Part shown: piece after piece, positions 40,017 through 54,000 of the stretch | Numbering within the stretch: position 1 is the stretch's first letter | Layout: each line of letters opens with the position of its first letter | Origin: Balanoglossus misakiensis | Lineage: Eukaryota; Animalia; Hemichordata | DNA length: 64,000 nt | Direction of reading: 5' to 3' | Assembly: GCA_040954595.2 (NCBI GenBank) | Contig: CM082591.2 | Coordinates: 11,797,309 to 11,861,308, forward strand | Program-made: the position numbers and the translations under genes | The notes under the pieces: generated by a model | What the model was told of the DNA's origin: nothing | Databases searched by the model: none | The model's input: only the letters and a program-made list of their open reading frames with translations

Positions 40017-43000
40017 CTAGTTGAGTCTGTCCTTGGTTTGAGTAACCAATCGATACATTTATGCAAAGTCTGCCAATTACTCTGGTGGCTCAACAGTGCC
40101 AGCAAATAAGCACTGCACGAACTTTGAACTTTGCCCTTTGTTCTGGGTTTGTGCGTCTTGACAAAGAGTAACTGGTGTTGCAGTTGAGGGCAACTTTGCA
40201 CAATCTCGGGGTCCAGGAGCTCCAGCCAATCAATAAGCAGCCCTGCCGTTGACCAGCCTAATTCGCATCTGTGTGTAATTAAAGAGAAATATACAGTCAG
40301 TGGAGTAAAGGGTATAACACAATCATACTGATGGAATTCTCACTACCTGAAATAGGTTTTTGCTACCTAGGTGAGTGATGAATAAAGGTCTAATGTCCTC
40401 TCTGATATAACATACTAGTGTATGGTAAATGTCTTTCAGAGATCTACACATTAAAGGGACAAGCTCTCTACAGTTAATTCATTTTGGGGAGATTTTTACT
40501 CTCATATCCTACAAACGGGATGGAAGTTGTGTGTGGTCGAACATTGATTCACTATATATCCACATGTAGAATAACATAAATGGTGTCTTGTATCAAACAT
40601 AATGTATGGAAAAAGGGCAGCGAGAGAGAGACTTTGTCCCTTTAAATATCATAGCTGGCATACAGTTATAAATATGCATTTTTTGATTTATGTCTTGCAA
40701 GTACAAAACTGTTCTTTATTAAAAAGAAATACAGACAAGGTGATCCCAGGAACATAAAACCCAAAACTCAAAGCTACCAGACAGATGAGTCTTGAGATAA
40801 ACTTGGACTTACTTGTCAATCAATCTGGACTGCTCTTGTAACAACAACTCACTCAATGCTTCACTGGTGCTGGATGATTTTGTTGGCACTTGCATAGCAA
40901 CAGATAAGGCTTTATTCAGAAACTCTTCTAGTTGGCTGGAATTGGCGCCTGTCAGCTGGTGATACACTGCATATGGTGCAAAGTCAAACAAAATTCACCC
41001 AATCATAAAATGTATCATTAACAGTTATTGGGAAGTCAACGCGCCCTGCGCCATAGTCGCATTGAACTGAAAAGTGACGCATTGAAATTTGTTACTTTGC
41101 GCCCGAAGTGCGCATTGAAATTTGAGTCCGAAATACTTAGGAAAAAAATTTTTGTTTAGCATCCTCGCCTATGAGGCCATCAAGGCGTCCTATAAATAGC
41201 CTCATTTTATGGTGCCCATAGTAACACGTACAAATTGCAACAAGTAACGCAGCTCAGCATACCGATCGCAACAAGTTATCTAAACTTGACGAAAGATGTA
41301 GCAACTTTTGTTGGAGGTCATGCCATGCGTTCGAACGCGTCTGCAAAATACTTGTACACAGGATAGCAGACAGCAGACACCCGTGATGTCGATTTTGAGA
41401 GGCCGTAGTGATGTCAAAAAGAAGCATAAAAGGAAGGCATCTCTTTTCAGCAGCAAGACTGTCGTTTCCATCATCAATTTGTGGATTTTATCAAGCATAA
41501 AATCTTCGCTTTTGCTCACTTTTGCTCGTCATGTTAAAGTTGTATGTCGCATACATAGTCAAAGCATGCCTTGCATGCTATTGTGTTATCCAATCAAGTG
41601 AGAAAAATAGCAAACATTGTTTTCAAACTTGTTCCTGTACAGTCATTCTTCAATTAATGAGTATGGTTTTAGTATAACCCAGGCAAAATCTCCATTTTCT
41701 TGAAGCTAGACTACCTAAATCATTCATAATCCCTCATTATGTAAACAAGACGTCAATTTTTAAATTTTCCTAGGAAGCTAAACAAAACTTTTTTTTTGCT
41801 TAAATAGTACATAATAGTGACAAAGCTGAGAAACAGCTTGCGAGACTCCTGCTGATTCGACTTGAAGGAAAAACATTTCACACCAATACCTTTGGAGACA
41901 TTTGCATGGAAAGAAGAGACTGATAAACACATGTTATATAGACATGTAAATGACAATATAAACAATTTTGAACTGATGATATTTTGCATCTAAATTTCAT
42001 TCGATTTTTTGTCGATACTGTAGGGCTCATTACAAATTTTGAATGTCCCATTGAAGTTCAAAATGGCCCATTCATTTTGGCTGGGATGGGGCCATTGGCA
42101 CATTGGTGTTTTCAGACTTCCCAATCACTGCATTAACATGATCATACCATAAAAAATGTGAATGAATTACAATTATAGCGTGCGCATATTGAATCATACG
42201 AAATCACACCAAATAACGCGAGACTTAGAAATAACATTACATGTGTATGGTGCCACTTAAACGACACCATTTATTCTTTTTGAGCCTAAATCATGTTTAA
42301 CCACAACTAGACAACCACAATGACCTTGTGAGAATGAAACCCACCAATAAATACATGTAGATAATCTGAAGCTATCACAGAAACAGAATGTCTTTGACAA
42401 AGTATTGCAAAGCCTTCAGTTGACCGCGAAAAAGTTGACGAAGCATGCATGTGGAAAGTGGAGTGTTGACAACAATGTGAATATATGCACGATAGCTTGC
42501 TGCGCTCGCACTCAGGTCAAACCTGTTACATATTACCAAAAATGTGGATCTATATAATTAACATTGGGTCCGTTCCTTCTTATCCCACTCGTGTTTCTGT
42601 TTGTTTGGTGAGAATATCTAATAGGTTAGCCCCTTTCACTCCCAGTTCCTTCTTTAGAGGTCCAACCTTACCATAGAAAACGATGGGTTTGGACTGGAAC
42701 ATGGCGGTGAAAGGGTTCAGGTGCTTGAGGGAGTGTTAAAAATGTAGACTTTACCTTTCTATAACATGTCTCTATCTACAGCCATCCGTCCCTCAGTGAC
42801 GGCTTCAATGATTTCACTCACTTCATCCAAGTTGCCACCACTGGCTTTGATGGGACTTTTCTCAATGCTCAGGGATTTCGCTGGAAGGAAGGACGTAAGA
42901 CTGGAATTAAGGCATACGTCCCTACATAAAGGGAGGACATTTGGACATGATACCACAAATGGTTAATGGAGTTTCTGGGAAGGTTTTCAAATTCCAGGAA

Positions 43001-46000
43001 TTTCCAGGAGTGTACGAATCCAGTTAAGAATTCTTTATGTCATGTGATCTGGCCATGTGACCTGCAGCATTGTCATTTCCAGGTGACGGCAAACAACATA
43101 GTGGCATCCAGTAAAAGTTTTCCACGTATGTAAGTACTTAAGAACCGCCAGACATGTAACATGTATCAGGTATAGTACCTCATCAGCCTCATGGCATTTT
43201 GTCTGCACAGTCTTTGTCTGCACCACGTTGCTGAAGTTGCCTGTCATCTGGAAAATTGAATGCCAACGTATTTGCGCTTGAGCGCGTCTGGCGTCTTTTG
43301 ATATCAAAGAATAAATGCATTGTACAAACTTGAAAGTATGTAGAATTTTTCTATTTATCCTGTGTGATATAGTGAAAACGCTCAAGTTACAGTTTGTGTA
43401 TGGTTTTGAGAATTATTTCACTGCTTGAGGTAAGTGAAATAAACAGCTCACCTTGTTGTCTGTTGACTTTTTCATACTGGTTGAGAAGTTTTGTAAACAC
43501 ACTGTTTTCAGACTTTGATGAACTCAAAATTGCAGACACTAGCTGGACAAATCTCATCATATCTTCCTTCTTTTCAAGATGTTTCTAAATGATATAAAGG
43601 AGTGAGAATTGTGCATGATTATGTCAGTTTTGAACTTTCATGTCTGTTTTGGACTGAGAGCTGTTGAATGAGAGAGAGAGAGGGAGAGAGAGATCGCGCT
43701 CGAACAATCAGGGGGTCACGCAGACGTAATCTTTTCATTGGCGTGATACTGATATCACCACGTAACTTGCAATTCCCAAGAGTGCGACTGTACGTACGTA
43801 AACTGTATCAAATTCAACTCATTCACGTCATATGAGAGGAGGTATACCGTGCGAATGCGAGCGCTGGGGGAACCGGGTACCGCCTACTTGAAATGGACCT
43901 CTTCCCTTAGTGAAGTCAAATAATCATAATTATCTATCATGTAAGAAGTCAAAAATGTAAGAGAATGTTTTAATAAATATGTCAACTTATTATTTATATT
44001 CCCCTGTACATATTCCCCTGTAAATGTCTCATAATTTGAGGAATAATATTTTGGAAGCTGAACGGAAGTTGCAACTCAAATCAAATTTCAACTTCTCCAA
44101 TATATGGAATAACACTATAAGCCTACTGACTTGAGAAACTCAAATTGAATTTCAAATTCTCGAACAAACGAAAATATGTTTGAATGTAAGTAATCTTACT
44201 ATAAAATTGACATGCAATTACCTGTCGTTGGTGAAGCAAACTGAACAATGGACATGACAAATGATGTTTTCTGTGTAGATTATAAATAAACTGACTCTCA
44301 TCACTTGATGTTAGGATTTCTTGCATTGCCAGAATGATGTGATCACCAGAATTCTCTGATGAATCAAACAATTTCAGCCTGGAGATTTCCCTGGACAGTG
44401 TCTGTGTGAGAAATGATGGCAAAATATTAATATCATTTATTAGGAAACCTGGCCAGTCACTGAGAAATCTGTCGGCCTTTACAAAGTATAGTTCATAATC
44501 TTCTCATAAAATGATAAAGTTGCCGCAAAGGTATACAGTCACCTATAATTTACATACGCCCATATATGGCTGAAATGGCGTATTTGAGCGTTCTAAAGGA
44601 CATATGGCGGCGCTCTTTTTTCGCGTGTGCCACCCACTGAAAATCTGTGATTGGCTAGATCTCAAGTTTACCATGGTAACTGTAGTTAAATTACCATAGG
44701 TGACAATATACCTTAACATATCATATTTCTTCTGGGAAGTGTAATTGTTTTAAGATCAAATATTACATGTACATACCAATTGTATGCCTCTCAGATATTG
44801 TCTTTCCGTTGATGCACTCACTTTGTGCTCACCAATACTGAATAGCTGTAAATATAATCAAAGGAGAAGAAATCACTCACTCATTAGCAATGATACTGCA
44901 AAAGTGGAAGTGACTGATTTTGAGTCTGAAGTTGGAAAAGAGTCCCAGTACAGTGTAGAGAGGTTTCCAGATTAGGTAGATTTTGCTGTCCAACCATTTT
45001 CACACAACGGCCATAAAACTTAAAGAAGAACTATTAAATTACCCAGCCTGATAAGTTTTGTGGTGTTTGGAAAGTCGTCCATGTCTGATGACACAAGATC
45101 AGCTTTTGATTGTAACATGAGACATGATCAGTTGTGTTTTGGTTCAAAAGAACATGACCTGGTTTAAGAAGCCTTGCAACTTCAGGTGACTACAGAAGGA
45201 GCTATACTGTGCCCATTGGCCTTGATTTGACTGAGAAACCATGATTTACTGAAAAGCCACTTGGAAAAGGGTCCACTTTATTTCTAAACCAAACTTACCT
45301 TCAGGAAGATCATCTTGGCTGACTCTTGACTATCTACAGTGACTTTTCTTGCATCCATCTTGGCTGCAACATCTTTCTTTTCATCCACCTGCATTGCCTC
45401 ACTTTTCTCCTCTTTCTTTTCCTCATCTGCAAATAAAAATTGTGTTATGTCCAGGAAATATTATTTACTTTATGAGAAGAAACTGGAATATCTAGCTTTG
45501 CAAATCAGTTAGTGAAATAAGAGAACGCAAACAATTAATTGTCATGAAATAGTCACCTCTGTTAATATCGCGAAAAATTTCCCATCACAAAAATTACCAA
45601 GATTACAGTAACCTAAAAATATAAAATCCTAATAATGTCCAAAGTTGAAGAATTCTATATGTATGACTTAACTTTTGAGACACTATTTCACAACACAAAT
45701 ACTAGTACCTTTGTTCTCTTTATCCAGGAATGAATTTTTTTCCACCTTCTGCTCCTCTCATCTGTTGAACTTCCACTAACTGAGCCATGTATCCTTTGTC
45801 AACCACAGCCTGTTCCATACTGTACAGATCTTGTCTGCAGGCCATGTCGAGATGCTGCAGTAGTTTGCTGTGAAAAGAAACAGAAGTGTTACATGTGTAT
45901 GTGTGTTACAGGGCCAGATCACGGCACATCATGACAAAATCTTTGTGAATATGGTGCTAGCATCATGTTTATAGCAGATCATGTGTATTCATACTTGTGG

Positions 46001-47831
46001 GCCAAATGACCTTAATATGTGGTTTGTTGTATGACTTAATTATAACACACACACCCAGTTTTTTTAATAGTCCTGCTTGAAAGATCACAGAGTGTCTTTG
46101 GCTACTGAAAAGCACCACCACAATGAGAGATAACTCACAACACCGAAGAGTAAATCTCTAAAGTTGTAATTTAAACCAAGTATGGAAATTGGGATGTACG
46201 GTAGCTTTGATGAGGAATAATTCTAGAGTTACAACATACCTCATGCTGTTGACTGGTATACCAAAGGACTGCACAAACAAGACCAACTGAGCTGGTTCCA
46301 AGTCTTCCAGGGCTGAAAAAAATGACAAATTCAGGATGAAAACAACAAAAGTTTGGTGAGAAAAGATCCCAAGTTGAATTGACACACAGATTGGCAGATA
46401 TTTCCACGAAATATCACATGTAAATGGTGCAACAACAGATTAACCGATCAGGCCATGACAAATACTGCACCTCTTCACAAAAACTGCTGGGTTGCAATTT
46501 ATAGCATAAAATTACTGTAAAACAGGAAATTTTTGTGATATCACAAGAGAGCTGACTATTCCATTGCTCACATTGTTTCTTTGCGACCATTTATTTTCAC
46601 GTTTTTTGGCTCTCACGAAATTCGCAAAAATTTCCCCTTTTACAATAGTATGGTTGGATCTATACAATGTATACATTGAATGGGGATGAACACTGGACAG
46701 TGGAGCATTCTATATTAAAATTTGGGAAAACATTGAAGCCATATTAAGGTCATACTTGATTAAGCTGAAAGACGGCACAGAATAAATTTGAAATTCAATT
46801 GGCTACAAAAATTGACTTTTCTGCCATTCTGAGATCTCCATGCTGAGCTCAATTATGTTGCTGCTTCATATAGTGGTCAGCAATAAAAACTTACTACTGT
46901 TACAGTGGTTATACATGTAACTCTTATTAAATGTTTTTTTTTCTTGTTTTATCATGAAATCTGACAATATCACGAAATCTGACTGTGGGTGGCACGACAG
47001 AATAAAACTGGTTTTCGTCTCAACTTTTGTACATGTAGTGACACAATGAAAGAATGACAGAGAAACTGCTAACAGACAGATTATTATATATTTTTTTACC
47101 TTTTCATGTCACTTTTATAAAACACTGCATGGCAACAAATGTGAACCATGAACAATTTGCAAGACAATGAACTAGAAGTTGAACGAGATTTGAAGACCTG
47201 CTCTGGAAGTAATTGATTGACACTCACCCATGAGTAAGATTCCGCATGGGGCTGTGTGGCTTTCTTCAAGTAATTGTAGAATATATGTAACATGGATGTC
47301 AGTGTACAACGTGTTGGTCTGGTCGGCACTGGTGTCTCTACACAGCATGGAGCTGAGTATGGTGGGCCTTTCTACAATCAACTGAGCTAAATCCTAGAAT
47401 CAGAAAGGCAGCAGTGAAGTAAAATCAAATATGTTTGTCAAAACAACAACAACAATAACAACACACATAATCATATTCAAATAAAAATCACTTGGTTCAT
47501 GCTTAGAACTTTCTATAAACTTACTCTTTTTTTTTTGCACATACTCCAATGAAAATACTGTTTGATATATAGATCACAGACTTTTGCATTTTCAACTGTT
47601 TTTGTTCTAATACTATTTGTGTGTAGCCCTCACCCAGAACCTGTATGTATGATTCACAATCATATGTCTTTATTTGTTTCTACCAGAGGTCTCCACGACT
47701 CATACTGGAAATACACAAATCATCATCTTACCAATGCAAGGTCGGCCATTTCATGAAGCTGATTGGTCGAAGAATATTTGGAGAGGAATGTACGCACTGA
47801 TGGTGAGTGGCTCTGTTTCCATCTGGCAAGC
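40017..47831 (-). pseudogene. INTS1: INTS1 fragment copy 6
   Basis: Same exon set; 5-bp deletion in exon z. Confidence 0.9.
41022..42130. mobile_element. Same TIR element, unit 6 (1109 bp)
   Basis: Same TIRs, TSD and position in the unit. Confidence 0.93.
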
Positions 47832-48095
47832 CTTAGGACTAACAGCACATCGCTCACTGTGTTAAACGGCACAAAAGTTACAATTTCTGTCAAACTCTGC
47901 ACCTATTCTAGTTTCCCCCCAAAAAATTCACGAAAATGGCAAGCTAGACTTCAGTGTTATATCGAAATTCTACATTAAATTAAGCACTAAGCCTCATATA
48001 TTGGCAACTCATTCTCCACATGAGGCATTTTCAGATCTTTACACGATTTTCTGTGTACAAAGATCAACCTGAAGAAGTATGCTACAATTTCTCAC

Positions 48096-51000
48096 CTAGT
48101 TGAGTCTGTCCTTGGTTTGAGTAACCAATCGATACATTTATGCAAAGTCTGCCAATTACTCTGGTGGCTCAACAGTGCCAGCAAATAAGCACTGCACGAA
48201 CTTTGAACTTTGCCCTTTGTTCTGGGTTTGTGCGTCTTGACAAAGAGTAACTGGTGTTGCAGTTGAGGGCAACTTTGCACAATCTCGGGGTCCAGGAGCT
48301 CCAGCCAATCAATAAGCAGCCCTGCCGTTGACCAGCCTAATTCGCATCTGTGTGTAATTAAAGAGAAATATACAGTCAGTGGAGTAAAGGGTATAACACA
48401 ATCATACTGATGGAATTCTCACTACCTGAAATAGGTTTTTGCTACCTAGGTGAGTGATGAATAAAGGTCTAATGTCCTCTCTGATATAACATACTAGTGT
48501 ATGGTAAATGTCTTTCAGAGATCTACACATTAAAGGGACAAACTCTCTACAGTTAATTCATTTTGGGGAGATTTTTACTCTCATATCCTACAAACGGGAT
48601 GGAAGTTGTGTGTGGTCGAACATTGATTCACTATATATCCACATGTAGAATAACATAAATGGTGTCTTGTATCAAACATAATGTATGGAAAAAGGGCAGC
48701 GAGAGAGAGACTTTGTCCCTTTAAATATCATAGCTGGCATACAGTTATAAATATGCATTTTTTGATTTATGTCTTGCAAGTACAAAACTGTTCTTTATTA
48801 AAAAGAAATACAGACAAGGTGATCCCAGGAACATAAAACCCAAAACTCAAAGCTACCAGACAGATGAGTCTTGAGATAAACTTGGACTTACTTGTCAATC
48901 AATCTGGACTGCTCTTGTAACAACAACTCACTCAATGCTTCACTGGTGCTGGATGATTTTGTTGGCACTTGCATAGCAACAGATAAGGCTTTATTCAGAA
49001 ACTCTTCTAGTTGGCTGGAATTGGCGCCTGTCAGCTGGTGATACACTGCATATGGTGCAAAGTCAAACAAAATTCACCCAATCATAAAATGTATCATTAA
49101 CAGTTATTGGGAAGTCAACGCGCCCTGCGCCATAGTCGCATTGAACTGAAAAGTGACGCATTGAAATTTGTTACTTTGCGCCCGAAGTGCGCATTGAAAT
49201 TTGAGTCCGAAATACTTAGGAAAAAAAATTTTGTTTAGCATCCTCGCCTATGAGGCCATCAAGGCGTCCTATAAATAGCCTCATTTTATGGTGCCCATAG
49301 TAACACGTACAAATTGCAACAAGTAACGCAGCTCAGCATACCGATCGCAACAAGTTATCTAAACTTGACGAAAGATGTAGCAACTTTTGTTGGAGGTCAT
49401 GCCATGCGTTCGAACGCGTCTGCAAAATACTTGTACACAGGATAGCAGACAGCAGACACCCGTGATGTCGATTTTGAGAGGCCGTAGTGATGTCAAAAAG
49501 AAGCATAAAAGGAAGGCATCTCTTTTCAGCAGCAAGACTGTCGTTTCCATCATCAATTTGTGGATTTTATCAAGCATAAAATCTTCGCTTTTGCTCACTT
49601 TTGCTCGTCATGTTAAAGTTGTATGTCGCATACATAGTCAAAGCATGCCTTGCATGCTATTGTGTTATCCAATCAAGTGAGAAAAATAGCAAACATTGTT
49701 TTCAAACTTGTTCCTGTACAGTCATTCTTCAATTAATGAGTATGGTTTTAGTATAACCCAGGCAAAATCTCCATTTTCTTGAAGCTAGACTACCTAAATC
49801 ATTCATAATCCCTCATTATGTAAACAAGACGTCAATTTTTAAATTTTCCTAGGAAGCTAAACAAAACTTTTTTTTTGCTTAAATAGTACATAATAGTGAC
49901 AAAGCTGAGAAACAGCTTGCGAGACTCCTGCTGATTCGACTTGAAGGAAAAACATTTCACACCAATACCTTTGGAGACATTTGCATGGAAAGAAGAGACT
50001 GATAAACACATGTTATATAGACATGTAAATGACAATATAAACAATTTTGAACTGATGATATTTTGCATCTAAATTTCATTCGATTTTTTGTCGATACTGT
50101 AGGGCTCATTACAAATTTTGAATGTCCCATTGAAGTTCAAAATGGCCCATTCATTTTGGCTGGGATGGGGCCATTGGCACATTGGTGTTTTCAGACTTCC
50201 CAATCACTGCATTAACATGATCATACCATAAAAAATGTGAATGAATTACAATTATAGCGTGCGCATATTGAATCATACGAAATCACACCAAATAACGCGA
50301 GACTTAGAAATAACATTACATGTGTATGGTGCCACTTAAACGACACCATTTATTCTTTTTGAGCCTAAATCATGTTTAACCACAACTAGACAACCACAAT
50401 GACCTTGTGAGAATGAAACCCACCAATAAATACATGTAGATAATCTGAAGCTATCACAGAAACAGAATGTCTTTGACAAAGTATTGCAAAGCCTTCAGTT
50501 GACCGCGAAAAAGTTGACGAAGCATGCATGTGGAAAGTGGAGTGTTGACAACAATGTGAATATATGCACGATAGCTTGCTGCGCTCGCACTCAGGTCAAA
50601 CCTGTTACATATTACCAAAAATGTGGATCTATATAATTAACATTGGGTCCGTTCCTTCTTATCCCACTCGTGTTTCTGTTTGTTTGGTGAGAATATCTAA
50701 TAGGTTAGCCCCTTTCACTCCCAGTTCCTTCTTTAGAGGTCCAACCTTACCATAGAAAACGATGGGTTTGGACTGGAACATGGCGGTGAAAGGGTTCAGG
50801 TGCTTGAGGGAGTGTTAAAAATGTAGACTTTACCTTTCTATAACATGTCTCTATCTACAGCCATCCGTCCCTCAGTGACGGCTTCAATGATTTCACTCAC
50901 TTCATCCAAGTTGCCACCACTGGCTTTGATGGGACTTTTCTCACTGCTCAGGGATTTCGCTGGAAGGAAGGACGTAAGACTGGAATTAAGGCATACGTCC

Positions 51001-54000
51001 CTACATAAAGGGAGGACATTTGGACATGATACCACAAATGGTTAATGGAGTTTCTGGGAAGGTTTTCAAATTCCAGGAATTTCCAGGAGTGTACGAATCC
51101 AGTTAAGAATTCTTTATGTCATGTGATCTGGCCATGTGACCTGCAGCATTGTCATTTCCAGGTGACGGCAAACAACATAGTGGCATCCAGTAAAAGTTTT
51201 CCACGTATGTAAGTACTTAAGAACCGCCAGACATGTAACATGTATCAGGTATAGTACCTCATCAGCCTCATGGCATTTTGTCTGCACAGTCTTTGTCTGC
51301 ACCACGTTGCTGAAGTTGCCTGTCATCTGGAAAATTGAATGCCAACGTATTTGCGCTTGAGCGCGTCTGGCGTCTTTTGATATCAAAGAATAAATGCATT
51401 GTACAAACTTGAAAGTATGTAGAATTTTTCTATTTATCCTGTGTGATATAGTGAAAACGCTCAAGTTACAGTTTGTGTATGGTTTTGAGAATTATTTCAC
51501 TGCTTGAGGTAAGTGAAATAAACAGCTCACCTTGTTGTCTGTTGACTTTTTCATACTGGTTGAGAAGTTTTGTAAACACACTGTTTTCAGACTTTGATGA
51601 ACTCAAAATTGCAGACACTAGCTGGACAAATCTCATCATATCTTCCTTCTTTTCAAGATGTTTCTAAATGATATAAAGGAGTGAGAATTGTGCATGATTA
51701 TGTCAGTTTTGAACTTTCATGTCTGTTTTGGACTGAGAGCTGTTGAATGAGAGAGAGAGAGGGAGAGAGAGATCGCGCTCGAACAATCAGGGGGTCACGC
51801 AGACGTAATCTTTTCATTGGCGTGATACTGATATCACCACGTAACTTGCAATTCCCAAGAGTGCGACTGTACGTACGTAAACTGTATCAAATTCAACTCA
51901 TTCACGTCATATGAGAGGAGGTATACCGTGCGAATGCGAGCGCTGGGGGAACCGGGTACCGCCTACTTGAAATGGACCTCTTCCCTTAGTGAAGTCAAAT
52001 AATCATAATTATCTATCATGTAAGAAGTCAAAAATGTAAGAGAATGTTTTAATAAATATGTCAACTTATTATTTATATTCCCCTGTACATATTCCCCTGT
52101 AAATGTCTCATAATTTGAGGAATAATATTTTGGAAGCTGAACGGAAGTTGCAACTCAAATCAAATTTCAACTTCTCCAATATATGGAATAACACTATAAG
52201 CCTACTGACTTGAGAAACTCAAATTGAATTTCAAATTCTCGAACAAACGAAAATATGTTTGAATGTAAGTAATCTTACTATAAAATTGACATGAAATTAC
52301 CTGTCGTTGGTGAAGCAAACTGAACAATGGACATGACAAATGATGTTTTCTGTGTAGATTATAAATAAACTGACTCTCATCACTTGATGTTAGGATTTCT
52401 TGCATTGCCAGAATGATGTGATCACCAGAATTCTCTGATGAATCAAACAATTTCAGCCTGGAGATTTCCCTGGACAGTGTCTGTGTGAGAAATGATGGCA
52501 AAATATTAATATCATTTATTAGGAAACCTGGCCAGTCACTGAGAAATCTGTCGGCCTTTACAAAGTATAGTTCATAATCTTCTCATAAAATGATAAAGTT
52601 GCCGCAAAGGTATACAGTCACCTATAATTTACATACGCCCATATATGGCTGAAATGGCGTATTTGAGCGCTCTAAAGGACATATGGCGGCGCTCTTTTTT
52701 TCGCGTGTGCCACCCACTGAAAATCTGTGATTGGCTAGATCTCAAGTTTACCATGGTAACTGTAGTTAAATTACCATAGGTGACAATATACCTTAACATA
52801 TCATATTTCTTCTGGGAAGTGTAATTGTTTTAAGATCAAATATTACATGAACATACCAATTGTATGCCTCTCAGATATTGTCTTTCCGTTGATGCACTCA
52901 ATTTGTGCTCACCAATACTGAATAGCTGTAAATATAATCAAAGGAGAAGAAATCACTCACTCATTAGCAATGATACTGCAAAAGTGGAAGTGACTGATTT
53001 TGAGTATGAAGTTGGAAAAGAGTCCCAGTACAGTGTAGAGAGGTTTCCAGATTAGGTAGATTTTGCTGTCCAACCATTTTCACACAACGGCCATAAAACT
53101 TAAAGAAGAACTATTAAATTACCCAGCCTGATAAGTTTTGTGGTGTTTGGAAAGTTGTCCATGTCTGATGACACAAGATCAGCTTTTGATTGTAACATGA
53201 GACATGATCAGTTGTGTTTTGGTTCAAAAGAACATGACCTGGTTTAAGAAGCCTTGCAACTTCAGGTGACTACAGAAGGAGCTATACTGTGCCCATTGGC
53301 CTTGATTTGACTGAGAAACCATGATTTACTGAAAAGCCACTTGGAAAAGGGTCCACTTTATTTCTAAACCAAACTTACCTTCAGGAAGATCATCTTGGCT
53401 GACTCTTGACTATCTACAGTGACTTTTCTTGCATCCATCTTGGCTGCAACATCTTTCTTTTCATCCACCTGCATTGCCTCACTTTTCTCCTCTTTCTTTT
53501 CCTCATCTGCAAATAAAAATTGTGTTATGTCCAGGAAATATTATTTACTTTATGAGAAGAAACTGGAATATCTAGCTTTGCAAATCAGTTAGTGAAATAA
53601 GAGAACGCAAACAATTAATTGTCATGAAATAGTCACCTCTGTTAATATCGCGAAAAATTTCCCATCACAAAAATTACCAAGATTACACTAACCTAAAAAT
53701 ATAAAATCCTAATAATGTCCAAAGTTGAAGAATTCTATATGTATGACTTAACTTTTGAGACACTATTTCACAACACAAATACTAGTACCTTTGTTCTCTT
53801 TATCCAGGAATGAATTTTTTTCCACCTTCTGCTCCTCTCATCTGTTGAACTTCCACTAACTGAGCCATGTATCCTTTGTCAACCACAGCCTGTTCCATAC
53901 TGTACAGATCTTGTCTGCAGGCCATGTCGAGATGCTGCAGTAGTTTGCTGTGAAAAGAAACAGAAGTGTTACATGTGTATGTGTGTTACAGGGCCAGATC

